Shown here: positions 48,910-59,734 of the stretch, piece after piece
Position numbering within the stretch: the stretch's first letter is position 1
Layout of the letters: the number at the start of each line of letters is the position of its first letter
Assembly (NCBI GenBank): GCA_963845995.1
Contig: CAWJUO010000028.1
Coordinates: 46,405 to 110,404, forward strand
Origin: an uncultured Acidobacteriaceae bacterium
GTDB lineage: Bacteria > Acidobacteriota > Terriglobia > Bryobacterales > Bryobacteraceae
Length of the DNA: 64,000 nucleotides
Direction: 5' to 3'
The notes under the pieces: model-generated
What the model was told of the DNA's origin: nothing
Databases searched by the model: none
The model's input: only the letters and a program-made list of their open reading frames with translations
Translations under genes and position numbers: made by a program

Positions 48910-50623
48910 GTGAAGCCCAGCCGCCGCGAACTGATTGGAATACTTGCCGCTCCTCTGTTGTTGCGTGGTCAGGGTTCGGCTTCGCGTAATATTCAAGCGG
49001 CGCCCCGGTCGAAGCCGTCGGGAATTCCTTTCCACGCCCATTTCACCGACATCGGGCGACAGGCCGGGTTACGCTATCCAACCATTTACGGCCCGGCGGA
49101 TCACAAAGACTACATCATCGAAACCATCGGTTGTGGCTGCGCGTTCTTCGACTACGATAACGATGGTTGGATGGACGTGCTGGTGCTCAGCGGGTTGCGG
49201 GTTAGCGGGACCAACGAAGATGTCAGCAGCAGGCTTTACAAGAACAACCGCGACGGCACTTTTACCGACGTTACGGAGAAGGCCGGTCTATTGCGTAAGC
49301 TTTGGGCGTCCGCCGTTACAGTAGGCGACTATAACAACGACGGATTCGAGGACCTGTTCATCACCGCTTATGGGCAGAACGTCCTCTACCGGAATAATGG
49401 CAACGGCACTTTCACCGACGTCACGAAAGAAGCCGGGCTACTCGAAGCGCAGACGCGGTGGGGCGCTGGATGTTCCTTCGTGGACTACGACCGCGACGGC
49501 CACCTGGACCTCTTCGTCTCGAATTATCTCGATTTCGATTTGGCCCATGCCCCGAAACCCGGTGCTAACGCGAACTGTATCTGGAAAGGCGTTCCGGTAC
49601 TTTGCGGGCCGCGCGGGCTGCCGTACTCTCATCATTCGCTGTACCACAATGACGGTCATGGCTCGTTCAAAGACGTGAGTAAAGAGTCCGGGATTTCGAA
49701 GTCGCGTCCGGGTTATGGCATGACCGTTGTCGCGGCGGATTTCGACAATGACGGCTGGCCCGATATTTATGTCGCCTGCGATTCGAGTCCCAGTCTTCTT
49801 TTTCACAACAACCACGACGGGACATTCGAAGAGATCGGCCTGGTTGCGGGGTGCTCGCTCAGCGACGATGGCGTCGAGCAGGCGGGAATGGGCGTCGGGA
49901 TCGGCGACGTTAATCTCGACGGCAATCTCGACATTTTCAAGACGCACTTCATGGACGATACGAATGTCCTTTACGTGAATAGCGGAAAGGGATATTTCGA
50001 CGACCAGACCATGGCTGCGGGACTTGGGGGTTGAGACGCGCTTTGTGAACTGGGGCGCGGGAATCGTAGACCTCGATAACGACGGATATCCCGACCTCTT
50101 CTACACGACCGGGAACATGTACCCGGAAGTCGAGCGCAAGAATCCGCAATACCCTTTGAAGACGCCGAGAGTGATTTTTAGAAATCTCGGAAACGGCAAG
50201 TTTGAGGAATTGATTGACGCGGCGGGCCCGGGTATCTCAGCTCCGCACTGCAGCCGCGGCTGTGCGTTTGGAGACTTCGATAACGACGGCGACATCGATA
50301 TTCTGATCGTGAATCTGAATGAGCCTCCATCGCTCTTACGCAACGATCTCAGCGGAAACAACCGTTGGCTCAAGGTGAAGCTGATCGGAACAAAATCAAA
50401 CCGCAGTGCTATTGGCGCGCGCGTTACTTGCTTCTATGACGGCAAACGTCAGGCGCAGGAAGTGATGGCGCAATCCAGCTTCTACTCGGCGAACGATCCA
50501 CGGCTTCATTTCGGGCTCGGTGAAGCTACGGTGGCGGATCTGGAAGTGCGCTGGCCGTCGAGTCCCGCGCAAATGCTGCGGGGTGTCAAGGCGAACCAGA
50601 TCCTCACGATCAAAGAACCATAG
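48910..50623 (+). CDS. CRTAC1-family FG-GAP/VCBS repeat protein with ASPIC/UnbV C-terminal domain, one frameshift
   Basis: 'FFDYDNDGWMDVLV', 'VGDYNNDGFEDLFI', 'FVDYDRDGHLDLFV' and 'AADFDNDGWPDIYV' repeats. Joined at GGGGG 50026-50030 to 'VDLDNDGYPDLF...NRWLKVKLIGTKSNRSAIGARV'. Confidence 0.85.
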
Positions 50624-50628
50624 GACTG

Positions 50629-51801
50629 TTAACGCGGAAGGTCGGCTTCTTCCTGATCGGGTTTGGTCTGAAGCCGCATTTCCTTATAGACTTCCTTCAT
50701 CTGCTCTTTCAAACGCTTGAGCCGCTGAAATTCCGCAAGCTCTCGGCGCGCGTCGTCGCTGCGCCCGATCTTCCGGTAAAGCGTACCCAAATGATAGTGA
50801 ACCACCGCATCGGACGGGTCCAAGCGGGCCGCTTTTTCGAGCAGAGGCTGGGCTTTTTGCGGTTCGTTCATGGAAAGCAGAACTTTCCCCAGACCGAGAT
50901 TGGCATCGGGGTCGTCGGGCTGCAATTCCAGAGCCCTGGAGTAATCGGAGAACGCCGTCTTCAGATCGGACCGGCCGAGTGCGATCCGGCCAAGAGCGCA
51001 TTCGGATTTTTCATCGAACGGGTTTTGCGCGAGCGCGGCCTGGTACTCTTTCTCCGCCTGTTCTTTATCGGCGGCCGATGAAGAATCGCTCAACACTTCA
51101 GCCAATTCAAAATGCAGGCCGGGAATACGGTCGTTACTCTTAAGAGCCTCGCGGTAGTGCATGATCGCGGCTTCATTATTGCCCTGCCTGATCATCTCTT
51201 CGGCGATGAGTTCATGCATCCAGCCGGATTTGGGAGCAGCCAAGGCGATGTCCAGTGTAGTCTCGTCGGCTTGCTCGGAGTAAATCCGATGGGCCGTATA
51301 CAAGATTGCGGGATCGCCGGGCCTGAGCTTTCGGAGAACGCTTAGAACGTCCGCGGCCTTGTCCAGATCGCGTGAAGCGTAATAGAGCTCGGTGAGTTCC
51401 ATGCCAGCCTGAACGCGTAGCTTCTCCTCTGTCAATTGCGGAAAGGCCCGCTCCAAATCGGCGCGCGCGGCGGCCAAATTACCGAGCCGCTTTTCGCACA
51501 TGCCCAGCAGCGTGACCGTTTTCCAAAGTGAGGGCTGGATTTTCACTGCCGCGCGAAGGTTTTTTGCGGCCTCTTCGAAGTCGCCGCGGAAGTATTGCAG
51601 GGTTCCCAGATCGCCGAGCGCAACGATGTTGTCGGGGTCCAACGCCAGAACCGCCTTCAATTCGCCGATTGCGAGATCCGGCCTGTTGGCGCGGAGATAT
51701 TCCTGAGCTTGGCGCGAATGGGACGCGGCCGATTGGGAGAAGGAAGGACGCCCCAAGAGCACGAAGCACACGAAGGCACAAATAAGAAGCTTGGGGGGCA
51801 T
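50629..51801 (-). CDS. Secreted tetratricopeptide-repeat protein
   Basis: Signal peptide 'LLICAFVCFVLLGRPSFS' followed by multiple TPR units. Confidence 0.8.
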   Translation of the reverse strand: MPPKLLICAFVCFVLLGRPSFSQSAASHSRQAQEYLRANRPDLAIGELKAVLALDPDNIVALGDLGTLQYFRGDFEEAAKNLRAAVKIQPSLWKTVTLLGMCEKRLGNLAAARADLERAFPQLTEEKLRVQAGMELTELYYASRDLDKAADVLSVLRKLRPGDPAILYTAHRIYSEQADETTLDIALAAPKSGWMHELIAEEMIRQGNNEAAIMHYREALKSNDRIPGLHFELAEVLSDSSSAADKEQAEKEYQAALAQNPFDEKSECALGRIALGRSDLKTAFSDYSRALELQPDDPDANLGLGKVLLSMNEPQKAQPLLEKAARLDPSDAVVHYHLGTLYRKIGRSDDARRELAEFQRLKRLKEQMKEVYKEMRLQTKPDQEEADLPR

Positions 51802-51840
51802 GCTCTTCAGAATAGCGTTAGCCGCGCGACAGTCGAGGGT

Positions 51841-52536
51841 TTATTTGACCACTGGTATGAAATCAAAATAGGCGAGATTGTTGCCTTGCTTGTAGTGCAG
51901 AGTCAGCAACTGAAGTCCGGCCTGGGGAAAGGTGATTTCGCCGCAATCCGCTTTGTTCCATTTGTGAAAGATCATCCAAGCGGGAAGGTGGAGTTCCGGG
52001 TATAGATAGCCGGTCTCCATCGGAAGCTTGCAGTCGGCGGCGGGCTTGTCGTTGAGCGAGAACTGAACGGTTTGCGCCACATGCGTATAGAGCACGGCGA
52101 TTTTGTAGGTGCCCGCTTTCTTCACGTCTACTGTGTAATTCACCCATTCGCCGTTTTCTTCCCAACCGATGTAAAGCTGCTGCCAGTCCGGGACAACAGG
52201 ATTAGGATGATTCAGATCGGCGCCTTTCTTTACGTAAGATATGTCTACTCCTTCGTTTTCGCGGAAGTGGCAGATGCTAACCGGGACGCCTTCCTCGCAG
52301 TGTCCCTTCGTATAATTCAGTTCGCCGCTGCCGTGGTTAATTGCGTCCACGTCGTGATAGGCGACTCCTTCACCCCCTAAGTCGTAAAGCGCCGCTTGCA
52401 GACGGCCTGGTATTACCTGTGGACCACCGGTGTGCGTGGCATCTTGGAATGGCTTGCCCTTATAGGATTCGGGAACCTGTCCTCGTATTAGCGGACAGAG
52501 GGCGAGTAGCAGGATGTATCCGGGGATAGTTTTCAT
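51841..52536 (-). CDS. Secreted carbohydrate-binding-module (CBM6/35-like) protein
   Basis: Signal peptide. 'LYDLGGEGVAYHDVDAINHGSG', 'GEWVNYTVDVKKAGTYKIAVLY' and 'HYKQGNNLAYFDF' follow the usual CBM6-like beta-sandwich pattern. Confidence 0.6.
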   Translation of the reverse strand: MKTIPGYILLLALCPLIRGQVPESYKGKPFQDATHTGGPQVIPGRLQAALYDLGGEGVAYHDVDAINHGSGELNYTKGHCEEGVPVSICHFRENEGVDISYVKKGADLNHPNPVVPDWQQLYIGWEENGEWVNYTVDVKKAGTYKIAVLYTHVAQTVQFSLNDKPAADCKLPMETGYLYPELHLPAWMIFHKWNKADCGEITFPQAGLQLLTLHYKQGNNLAYFDFIPVVK

Positions 52537-52594
52537 GTTTACAAATACATCGGGGGCTGCTCCAGCGAGGAGCAGCCCCCGATTTTATTTAGCC

Positions 52595-55500
52595 TTAGAA
52601 CGAGAACCGGGCGCCCAGTTGGAAGAAGCGGCCGGGAACGGTGGTGCTCGTGATTTGGCCTACGCTCGGGTTCGGAACACCCGAGGCGAGCGCCGCGGAT
52701 GTCAAAGAGGCGTTGGGTTGGCCAAAGCTTGGATGGTTGATGATGTTGGTGGCGTCCATACGGATTTGCAGGCCGCCCCGTTCGAATTTGGGTATGCGGA
52801 ACGTCTTCGCTAACGAGAAATCAATATCCGTCAGATCCGGACCGCGAAGCGTGTTCCGTCCATTGTTACCGAAGGTGTTGGTCTGTGGCGTCGCATAAGC
52901 GAGCTGATTGAACCATTGATTGATGGTTGGATTAGAGATGTGAGGATCGCCGACGAGGTTTGGATACCACGCCCCATCGAGCGCGCCGGAATTAGTGCTT
53001 GAGGCCATTGTCACCGTGAACGGGGCTCCAGACTGAGCTTCGAACAGAGACGACGCCTGCCAGCCGCCAAGAATTGCATCGCCTATCCCATGGCTAAGCA
53101 ACGAGTGGCCCCTCCCGAGAGGTATCTGATAAACGACGAATCCCTTGAACGCTTGCGGGATCGAAAAATTCGAAAGCCCATAATTATTCGAAGGATTGAA
53201 CGCATCCTGGTAAGGCGCGCTGCCGTAATGGCTGCCCCAACCAGATGTGTCCTGGTCATCCAGCATCTTGGCCCAAGTGTAGTTGACCTCGGCGCTGAGG
53301 CCGTGGCTCAATCGCTTCTTCATCGACAGCTGCAGCGAATCGTAATTCGAAATGTTGTTGAAGGATCCTGTCAAGCCACCGGGAACGCTTGGCCCTATGC
53401 CGAGGTACTGAGGATAGGGGCGCGCCGCTTGCCCTTGGCCCAGCTTGTTGGCCGGGAGTTGGTTGATATCCGACTGGAACTCCAGACCGTTGCCGTGGCT
53501 GCCCACATACGCGGCTTCTGCAACCAGCCCGTTGCCTAGCTGCCGCTGTACGCTCGCCGACCATTGGTAAATGCGTCCGACGGGCGTGTGATAAGGCATG
53601 TAAGGGATGTTCCCGCCGCCTTGTCCGTTGTATGCCGCTGGATTCCTGGAGGCCATCACAAACGGCAAGCCCGCGCCTGTGCCAGAGAGGGTAGCAACAG
53701 GGGCCTGGCCCGGATTAGCCGAGATACTTCCGCCGTCCGCGGTGCCGAAGCCAATCGGCGATCCGTCCACGTCCATGCTCCACAGGCTGGCGTAGGTGCC
53801 AAAACCCGCCCGAATGGACCAGACATCTTTCGGCGCCCAAGCGATGCCGATGCGCGGCAGGAAAACCTTGTAATCCGTCGCCATAACTTGGCTTCGTCCG
53901 TCGTTGCCCGCAAACCAAATCGCTCCAAGAGTGTTCGTTGCCGGATTCGTGATTGTGGGGTCGAAGCTGCCCGCTTGGTTATGGACTTCGCTGAATCCGC
54001 CATGAATCTCCCAGCGAAGACCGGCGTTCAGAGTAAGGTTCGGGCGAAGCTTGATATCGTCCTGGAAGAACATGGAAGGATTCTTGGAACGCATACCCGC
54101 TTCCCCTTGGTTCAGCGCGCTCCAGGCCTGGGCCTGTCCCAACAGGAAATCCGCATAACCGACATTGCTTTGAGTGAACTGACCGTTGAACGTAAAGCTC
54201 GCCGATGTCAGGTTGCCCCAAGGTGTGGAGTTGTCCTGATAACTCAGAAGCTCACCACCGAAATGCAAGATCTGCTTGCCCCGGATCATGGTGACTACGT
54301 CCGATGGGCTGAAGGAGTTTTCAATGTAGATCGCGGAAGTTTGGGGGTTAAGAACATTGTTGCCAGCCGTTCCCGTCAAGTTGATGTTTGGAAAAACATC
54401 CGCCTTTGCGTACTGAAAGCCGAGCTTTGCCGGATATCCCAGGTCCAGGCTACCGGGTGAGAACCAGTTGCCCTGCCGGGCAAATCCAAACCGGAATTCG
54501 TTGACCACTGTCGGGCTAAACGTGTGCACATCAGTGACTTGCGCATCATACGCGCCGGCAGTGCTGTGCTGACAATTGACCGGGCAGCTTGTGCCGCCGC
54601 TGACGCTATGGGTGCTGTGTTCGTCAATTGAGAAGGTCAGCCGGTTGTTCGAGGTGATATTGAAATCCAAGCGCCCGAACTCTCTGAGAGCCGGGTTATT
54701 GCCCACCTGTAGATATCTGTAGTTGTTGCTGATGCCGGGAAGGTTCGCCGCCGGATAGTACTGTTGAATGGCGGCCGCGACAGGATCGAATTGCGAAGAG
54801 GGGATGGTGTTGTTGAGATACGGGAGGCCGGTGGTGGGGTTATGAATAATCCCAAAGATCGCTGGGTCGAAGTATCCCTGCCTCATCGCCGCCGTCGGCA
54901 CCGTAACTGTTTGGGTGCTTGAATTCGGATTTATGATCTTATCCAGATCAAAGTAGAAAAAGAATTTATTCTTCAAAATCGGTCCGGAAACCGCTCCGCC
55001 GAAGTTGTCGTACCGTACCCGCGCCGCGCTGGCTCCGTCAAAGAAGCTTCGTGCATTCAGATCGTTGTTCTCAAAATATTCGTAACCTGCGCCATGCCAT
55101 TGATTGGCGCCCGACTTGGTGATCACATTGAAGATTGCGCCGCCGCCGCCGTATTCCGCGGAGAAGGTGGACGTATTCACCTGGACCTCGGATTCCGTTT
55201 CTGAAATCTGCGCGGAATCATCGATATTCGCACTATGCGGGAGCCGAATGGAGGCTCCGTCCACCAGGAAGTTCGTGTAATAAGGCAGGGTTCCGTTGAT
55301 CGAGAGACCGACGCCCGGGTTCACCGCGCCGGCGTTGGACATGGGCGTGCCGGACGAGCCGGGCAGTAGCTTTAGGAAATTCTCCCAGTTCTGACCGACA
55401 TTCGGCAGCTGCTCCATAGTCGCCGATTCGAGAGTGGTCGATTGTTCGGCGTTCTCCGTCTTCAATAGAGGAGTCTCCGCCGTGACCTCAATTTGTTGCT

Positions 55501-55876
55501 GGGTATTGCCGATACCTAGCTGCGCATCGACGCTGATCTGTCCTACTTCCAGCTTGATTCCGCTGCGCACCTGCTTCTCAAAACCTTCCTTGGAGAAGGT
55601 GATGGTGTAGTTGCCCGGTAGAATCGAGACTGCATCGTAAAGACCGGACGAGTTCGTGACGAGTTCTTTCACCACGCCCGTGTCGGTGTTTAGCAGCGTG
55701 ACCTTGGCCTCGGGGACAACGGCTCCCGACGCATCGGTGACCGTTCCGCGAATATCGCCAGAATTGGTGTTCTGCGCCAAGCCGATACCGGCCATGCACA
55801 ATATAAGGATGAGTGACAGCAGCGGATAGAATGCCCAAGGGGGTAATCCGCTCCTTGGAACGCTTTTTACAGACAT
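52595..55876 (-). CDS. TonB-dependent receptor with N-terminal carboxypeptidase-regulatory-like domain
   Basis: ATG 55876 with AGGAGAA SD. Signal peptide, 'GDIRGTVTDASGAVVPEAKVTLLNTDTG...GNYTITFSKEGF' (CarboxypepD_reg), a long beta-barrel and terminal '...FFQLGARFSF'. Confidence 0.9.
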   Translation of the reverse strand: MSVKSVPRSGLPPWAFYPLLSLILILCMAGIGLAQNTNSGDIRGTVTDASGAVVPEAKVTLLNTDTGVVKELVTNSSGLYDAVSILPGNYTITFSKEGFEKQVRSGIKLEVGQISVDAQLGIGNTQQQIEVTAETPLLKTENAEQSTTLESATMEQLPNVGQNWENFLKLLPGSSGTPMSNAGAVNPGVGLSINGTLPYYTNFLVDGASIRLPHSANIDDSAQISETESEVQVNTSTFSAEYGGGGAIFNVITKSGANQWHGAGYEYFENNDLNARSFFDGASAARVRYDNFGGAVSGPILKNKFFFYFDLDKIINPNSSTQTVTVPTAAMRQGYFDPAIFGIIHNPTTGLPYLNNTIPSSQFDPVAAAIQQYYPAANLPGISNNYRYLQVGNNPALREFGRLDFNITSNNRLTFSIDEHSTHSVSGGTSCPVNCQHSTAGAYDAQVTDVHTFSPTVVNEFRFGFARQGNWFSPGSLDLGYPAKLGFQYAKADVFPNINLTGTAGNNVLNPQTSAIYIENSFSPSDVVTMIRGKQILHFGGELLSYQDNSTPWGNLTSASFTFNGQFTQSNVGYADFLLGQAQAWSALNQGEAGMRSKNPSMFFQDDIKLRPNLTLNAGLRWEIHGGFSEVHNQAGSFDPTITNPATNTLGAIWFAGNDGRSQVMATDYKVFLPRIGIAWAPKDVWSIRAGFGTYASLWSMDVDGSPIGFGTADGGSISANPGQAPVATLSGTGAGLPFVMASRNPAAYNGQGGGNIPYMPYHTPVGRIYQWSASVQRQLGNGLVAEAAYVGSHGNGLEFQSDINQLPANKLGQGQAARPYPQYLGIGPSVPGGLTGSFNNISNYDSLQLSMKKRLSHGLSAEVNYTWAKMLDDQDTSGWGSHYGSAPYQDAFNPSNNYGLSNFSIPQAFKGFVVYQIPLGRGHSLLSHGIGDAILGGWQASSLFEAQSGAPFTVTMASSTNSGALDGAWYPNLVGDPHISNPTINQWFNQLAYATPQTNTFGNNGRNTLRGPDLTDIDFSLAKTFRIPKFERGGLQIRMDATNIINHPSFGQPNASLTSAALASGVPNPSVGQITSTTVPGRFFQLGARFSF

Positions 55877-56199
55877 TGTAAGTTCTCCTAACCTCAAATC
55901 AAGTCCCACAAACGCTCAACCAGGCCGGAGCCAAGCGAGCCACCAGAGCAGTCGGGCAAGCCGATTGTGGAACCTGTTAGTTAGGACAGTATCACGATAA
56001 TGTTGAGTTCTCAGGGGTACAGTCTGAGGTACTATCGGGTACTGTACGTGAACATTCAGGCCCTAACCGATTGATTCGCCGGCATCTTCTATCCGATAAT
56101 AGGCGAGGGCGCGATTATCCCGCTTCAGCCCTGGTGCGGCGCGCTGCTCCGCAGCCGAACTCACATCTGTTGAGTCATTCCGCATCAGCTACTACTTGA

Positions 56200-57307
56200 A
56201 TGAAAACTGCTTTCTCTGCTTTCCCGATCGCGGTGTCGCTTGCGCTGTTTTTAGGCGCCGCCGCTTTCTCCCAAACGCCTGCACCGGACGGACTCGTGTC
56301 GCCCGAGGTACACCATGATCGAACGGTCACATTCAGGATTCGGGCGCCCAAAGCGGGCGAGGTTACACTCTATGGCGATTGGATGCCGCCCGGCAAGCCA
56401 GAGCCAATGACAAAGGATCCGGATGGCGTTTGGAGCGTGACGACCGCGCCACTCGAAGCCACCGGGCACCTATATTGGTTCAACCTGGACGGCGTAGCTA
56501 TTGCCGATCCGGTCAATCCGGTCATCAAACGGCGTCAGCGCACTTCCGCCAGTTTGGTCGAGGTGCCGGATGCTTCACCCGCCGTGTGGGAACTGCGCGA
56601 TGTCCCTCATGGAACCGTCGTAACGGAATGGCGCAAATCGAACGTGTTGAACCGGACTGAGCGGATCGTTTTGTATCTGCCGCCTGGCTACGAAAAGTCG
56701 AAAACACGTTATCCAATCCTGTACCTGAACCACGGAAGCGGAGATATTCCGGAGTCCTGGGTCGAGGTGGGTCATGCCAATCTGATTCTCGATAACCTGA
56801 TCGCCGAAGGCAAGGCGAAGCCCATGATCGTGGTCATGCCGGCTGGGCACGCTGTTCCGTTTGGCGTGAGATCGAACGGCGGGGTCAGCAACGATGAGCT
56901 GTTTGACCGGTATCTGACCACTGAAGTGATGCCGGCGATGGAGGCTAAATACCGGGTTGCGCCTGGCTCTCGAAACCGCGCACTGGCAGGGCTTTCCATG
57001 GGGGGCTCGCATACGATTTACACCGGCTTCCACCATCCCGGCGACTTTAGCGCGCTTGGGATTTTCAGTCCGGGCCTGTTCCATGTCGATTCCGAGATGA
57101 GGGGCGCTCAACCGGCTCTGATCTGGATATCCTGCGGCGACTGTGGACACCACCGTTCAGTACCCACGAGTAAAGGCGTGGGCCGAATCGCTTGATAAGG
57201 CCGGCATACGCGAAACATTCAGGACCTACCCGGGCGGACACACCTGGCCAGTATGGCGCGAGAGCCTTGCGGAATTCCTTCCACTCATCTTCGATGGCGG
57301 AAAGTAG
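56200..57307 (+). CDS. Secreted esterase (enterochelin-esterase-like 'putative esterase' family with N-terminal Ig-like/CBM48-like domain), one frameshift
   Basis: 'VTFRIRAPKAGEVTLYGDW' N-terminal domain. 'PILYLNHGSGD' and 'ALAGLSMGGSHT' nucleophile elbow. After an extra G at about 57145 the frame continues 'DTTVQYPRVKAWAESLDKAGIRETFRTYPGGHTWPVWRESL...*'. Confidence 0.8.
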
Positions 57308-59717
57308 ACCGGGCTACGTGAAATTTGTTATCGCACTGCTTTCGATGGCGCTCGCGTGCTGCGCGCAGAGTGACCGGGCAGACGCCCAAAAGAACCCATT
57401 CAGCGGAAGAGCCCAGGCGGTCGCGGCGGGGCGTAAGCTCTATAGCCAAGCTTGCGTCGCCTGCCACGGAGCGGATGCGCACGGTGACCGCGGGCCTTCA
57501 CTTGTCAGCGGCAACCTGAAACATGGCAATGCGGATGGCGAGATTTTCCTCACCATCCGCAGCGGCGTGCGAGGAACGCAAATGCCGGCGTTCTCGTTTT
57601 TCACGACAGACCAGACCTGGCAGATTATTTCTTACCTCCGCAGCTTGTCCAGTCCAGCAAGTTCCGAGACTGCGGCCAACGTGACCACGGGCGATGCCAA
57701 GGCGGGAAAGATCACCTTCGAGGGAAAAGGCGGTTGTACCGGCTGCCATGTCGTTAACGGAGTGGGCACACCGGTCGGGCCAGATCTTTCGGCGGTGGGA
57801 AGGAACACCGCGGGGCAGTTACGAACGGAGATCGTTAGCCCTAACCAGAGGGGCGGGCGAATAGGACGCGGGTGGGGCATTCCAAGCCCGGCGACGGTGA
57901 TCGCGAAAACGTCCGGCGGAAGCGAGTATCGCGGTGTTCTGAAGGGGCTCGACTCGTTTTCGGTGCAGATGATAGATACGGCGGGCAAATTTCATTCCTT
58001 CGAAAAAACGCAGCTCGCGAGCTTCAAGATCGAAGCAAAATCACTGATGCCGGGCGATTACAGCAAGTGTCTGACAGAGGCCGAAATTCAGAACGTGGTG
58101 GCCTATCTGAAGACGCTGGACGGCTCGGCTCCATCAAAGCTGCCGTTGGGTGGTGGATTGACTTGGGACCGCATCGTTCATTCGGAAAAGGAGCCGTGGA
58201 ACTCTCTGATGTATTGGGGAGACCTTGGCGGGAAGCGCTTTTCCGCGCTCGATCAGATCAACGCGGGGAACGTGAAGAACCTGCAAACGAAGTGGGCGTT
58301 ACAAATGCCGGGCGATGGAATCGTCGAATCGATTCCGCTGGTGGTGGACGGCATCATGTACACCACGGGACCGGTTGGCAACACGGCCGAGGTATTGGCT
58401 CTCGATGCGAAGACCGGCCAGGAGATTTGGCGATACGACCGCAAACAGAAATTGACGAACCCGTATGAGATCAACCGGGTGAGCCGAGGCGTGACGATTC
58501 TTGGGAACCGGCTGTTCTTCGGGACCTTGGATGCGGCTTTGGTAGCGCTAGACTCGCGTACCGGCGCGCCGCTTTGGGAAACGCAGGTAGCGGACGCGAA
58601 GTTGGGCTACAGCATTACGTCTCCCCCAGTTGTAGTGAAAGATAAAGTTATCACCGGGGTGAGCGGCGGCGAATTTGGCGTCCGTGGATTTATCGATGCC
58701 TATGACGCGGTCACCGGGAAACGGCTATGGCGGGTGTATACGGTACCGGGCAAAGGTGAGTTCGGCAACGACACTTGGGAAGGCGATAGCTGGAAACACG
58801 GCGGCGCGCCAACTTGGCTCACGGGCAGTTACGACCCGGAGTTGAATTTACTGTACTGGGCGACAGGGAACCCCGGCCCCGATATCAACGGTGACGTTCG
58901 CAAGGGCGACAATCTATTTAGTTGTTCGGTTCTGGCGATCGATCCAGATACGGGCGAGCGTAAGTGGCACTATCAGTTCACGCCGAACGATACGCACGAT
59001 TGGGATGCGGCCGAGGATCTGGTGCTGGTGGACCGCATGTGGCACGGTCAGATGCGCAAACTGCTGCTGCAGGCCGACCGCAACGGCGTGTTTTACGTCC
59101 TGGACCGCACAACTGGCAAATTGCTTTCCGCTTCACCCTTTGTGCGCGCCACGTGGGTGAAGGGCTGGGATGCGAATGGACGGCCAATCACCACCGCGAA
59201 CTGGCGTGCCAGTCCAGAAGGCGCGACGGTATATCCATCGCTCGGCGGCGGCACCAATTTTCAATCGCCTTCCTATAGCCTGCAGACCGGCTGGATGTAT
59301 CTTCTGTACTACGACGGACCGGGCCGTTACACGAGTGGACCCGCGCCTTATGAGCCCGGCAGGATGTACCAGGGAAGCGGCGCCGATGACTGGTCGCTTC
59401 CGCAGCCAAAAGGGCAGGCGCCCCCATCAGCGGGTATTCTGGCGCTTGATCCTGAAACCGGCAAGGCGCAATGGCGGTTCGAACTGGCGGAGGCAAGCCT
59501 TCAGCCAGGATTACTCTCAACCGCGGGAGGGCTGGTGTTTACGGCCACGCCCGAGGGGAACTTCATAGCCCTCGACGCGAGGACCGGAAAAGCGCTGTGG
59601 AGATTCGGGGCTGGGGCTACGATCCCGTCCTCTCCAGTGAGTTACTCGGTTGATGGGAAGCAATATGTGGCGGTGTCGTCGGCGAATGTGCTGTATAGCT
59701 TTGCGCTGCCGGATTAG
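57294..59717 (+). CDS. PQQ-dependent dehydrogenase (methanol/ethanol family beta-propeller) with two N-terminal cytochrome c domains
   Basis: ATG 57294, signal 'FVIALLSMALACCAQ', haem motifs 'CVACH' and 'CTGCH', then 'DNLFSCSVLAIDPDTGERKWHYQFTPNDTHDWDA' and repeated W-motif blades. Confidence 0.85.
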   Translation: MAESRPGYVKFVIALLSMALACCAQSDRADAQKNPFSGRAQAVAAGRKLYSQACVACHGADAHGDRGPSLVSGNLKHGNADGEIFLTIRSGVRGTQMPAFSFFTTDQTWQIISYLRSLSSPASSETAANVTTGDAKAGKITFEGKGGCTGCHVVNGVGTPVGPDLSAVGRNTAGQLRTEIVSPNQRGGRIGRGWGIPSPATVIAKTSGGSEYRGVLKGLDSFSVQMIDTAGKFHSFEKTQLASFKIEAKSLMPGDYSKCLTEAEIQNVVAYLKTLDGSAPSKLPLGGGLTWDRIVHSEKEPWNSLMYWGDLGGKRFSALDQINAGNVKNLQTKWALQMPGDGIVESIPLVVDGIMYTTGPVGNTAEVLALDAKTGQEIWRYDRKQKLTNPYEINRVSRGVTILGNRLFFGTLDAALVALDSRTGAPLWETQVADAKLGYSITSPPVVVKDKVITGVSGGEFGVRGFIDAYDAVTGKRLWRVYTVPGKGEFGNDTWEGDSWKHGGAPTWLTGSYDPELNLLYWATGNPGPDINGDVRKGDNLFSCSVLAIDPDTGERKWHYQFTPNDTHDWDAAEDLVLVDRMWHGQMRKLLLQADRNGVFYVLDRTTGKLLSASPFVRATWVKGWDANGRPITTANWRASPEGATVYPSLGGGTNFQSPSYSLQTGWMYLLYYDGPGRYTSGPAPYEPGRMYQGSGADDWSLPQPKGQAPPSAGILALDPETGKAQWRFELAEASLQPGLLSTAGGLVFTATPEGNFIALDARTGKALWRFGAGATIPSSPVSYSVDGKQYVAVSSANVLYSFALPD

Positions 59718-59734
59718 TTGATCTCTACCCTCGC

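Noticed and set aside
53564-54460. 298-aa ORF on the plus strand
   Set aside because: It is antisense to the TonB-dependent receptor gene.
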